Assembly: GCA_965218425.1 (NCBI GenBank)
Contig: OZ244621.1
Location: forward strand, 1,504,001-1,568,000
Direction of reading: 5' to 3'
Source: an uncultured Candidatus Binatia bacterium
GTDB lineage: Bacteria; Desulfobacterota; Binatia; UBA9968; CAXXLF01
Length of the DNA: 64,000 bases
The notes below the pieces were generated by a model. The model had not been told where the DNA came from. It was given only the letters and a program-made list of their open reading frames with translations, and did not search any database. This document shows positions 63,608-64,000 of this stretch, piece by piece. Each line of letters opens with the position of its first letter. The first letter of the stretch is position 1. Position numbers and translations under genes: made by a program.

Positions 63608-64000
63608 ATGGCAAAGAGGAAATCCGAGAAGGGGGACGAACCGACGAAAGTCGACGTCACCAAACCGCGGGAAAACAGGGGCAAGTTGAAGGCCGTCGGC
63701 GGCTCGCAGTCCGACCCCTGGAACTACACGCTCGCCACTCAGGCCCTGAGTGTGCTCTTGATCAACAACCCCGACGCCGAGCTCCGTAAGGAGCAATTGG
63801 ACGGCAACGTCGCCGCTCTGAAAAGCATCGGTCCCAAGGACGAGCTCGAAGGCATGATGGCGGCGCAGTTGATCGCCGCCCACAACGTCGCGATGGAGTG
63901 CTACCGCCGCGCCATGATAGACGAACAGACCCTTGAGGGATTGCGCGAGTACCTGAACCAGGCGAACAAGCTCTCCCGCACCTGGACGACCCTGCTTGAA
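63608..64000 (+). CDS. Conserved hypothetical protein (partial, runs off window)
   Basis: Manual translation MAKRKSEK...PKDELEGMMAAQLIAAHNVAMECYRRAM...NQANKLSRT; GGGAG RBS; open to the window end. Confidence 0.7.
   Translation, partial: MAKRKSEKGDEPTKVDVTKPRENRGKLKAVGGSQSDPWNYTLATQALSVLLINNPDAELRKEQLDGNVAALKSIGPKDELEGMMAAQLIAAHNVAMECYRRAMIDEQTLEGLREYLNQANKLSRTWTTLLE

Overview
Bacterial chromosomal window in two parts. The gene content resembles Deltaproteobacteria/Binatia, which is inference only. Bases 1 to ~39,050 are mostly housekeeping genes: recD2, hisC, bioF-bioA-bioD, larC, an LLM oxidoreductase, jag-yidC-yidD-rnpA-rpmH, gpsA-gyrA-gyrB, proC, dksA-like, lolA-ftsK-rnj-plsC, ssb and mazG. 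They are interspersed with internally deleted pseudogenes, an eroded ArsM/glycosyltransferase cluster and a 417-bp IS5-derived element. From ~39,080 onward is a visibly more GC-rich accessory mosaic with three highlights. (1) A co-oriented MpaB/Lcp-like oxygenase, MMPL, LolA-like protein, outer-membrane protein and a squalene-synthase/FPP-synthase fusion form a candidate isoprenoid make-cleave-export system. (2) Many same-orientation TGACCCC-type ends of Y1/HUH (RAYT-like) transposase remnants each abut a cargo fragment cut at the motif (dsbA, an XRE HTH, vapC). An intact higBA sits between ~200-bp direct repeats, partly nested in an IS1182 shell. (3) A Co-type nitrile-hydratase-like alpha subunit has a long N-terminal extension and only a small SH3-like beta partner. 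No rRNA, tRNA or CRISPR array was seen. All calls come from motif recognition by eye; no searches were run.
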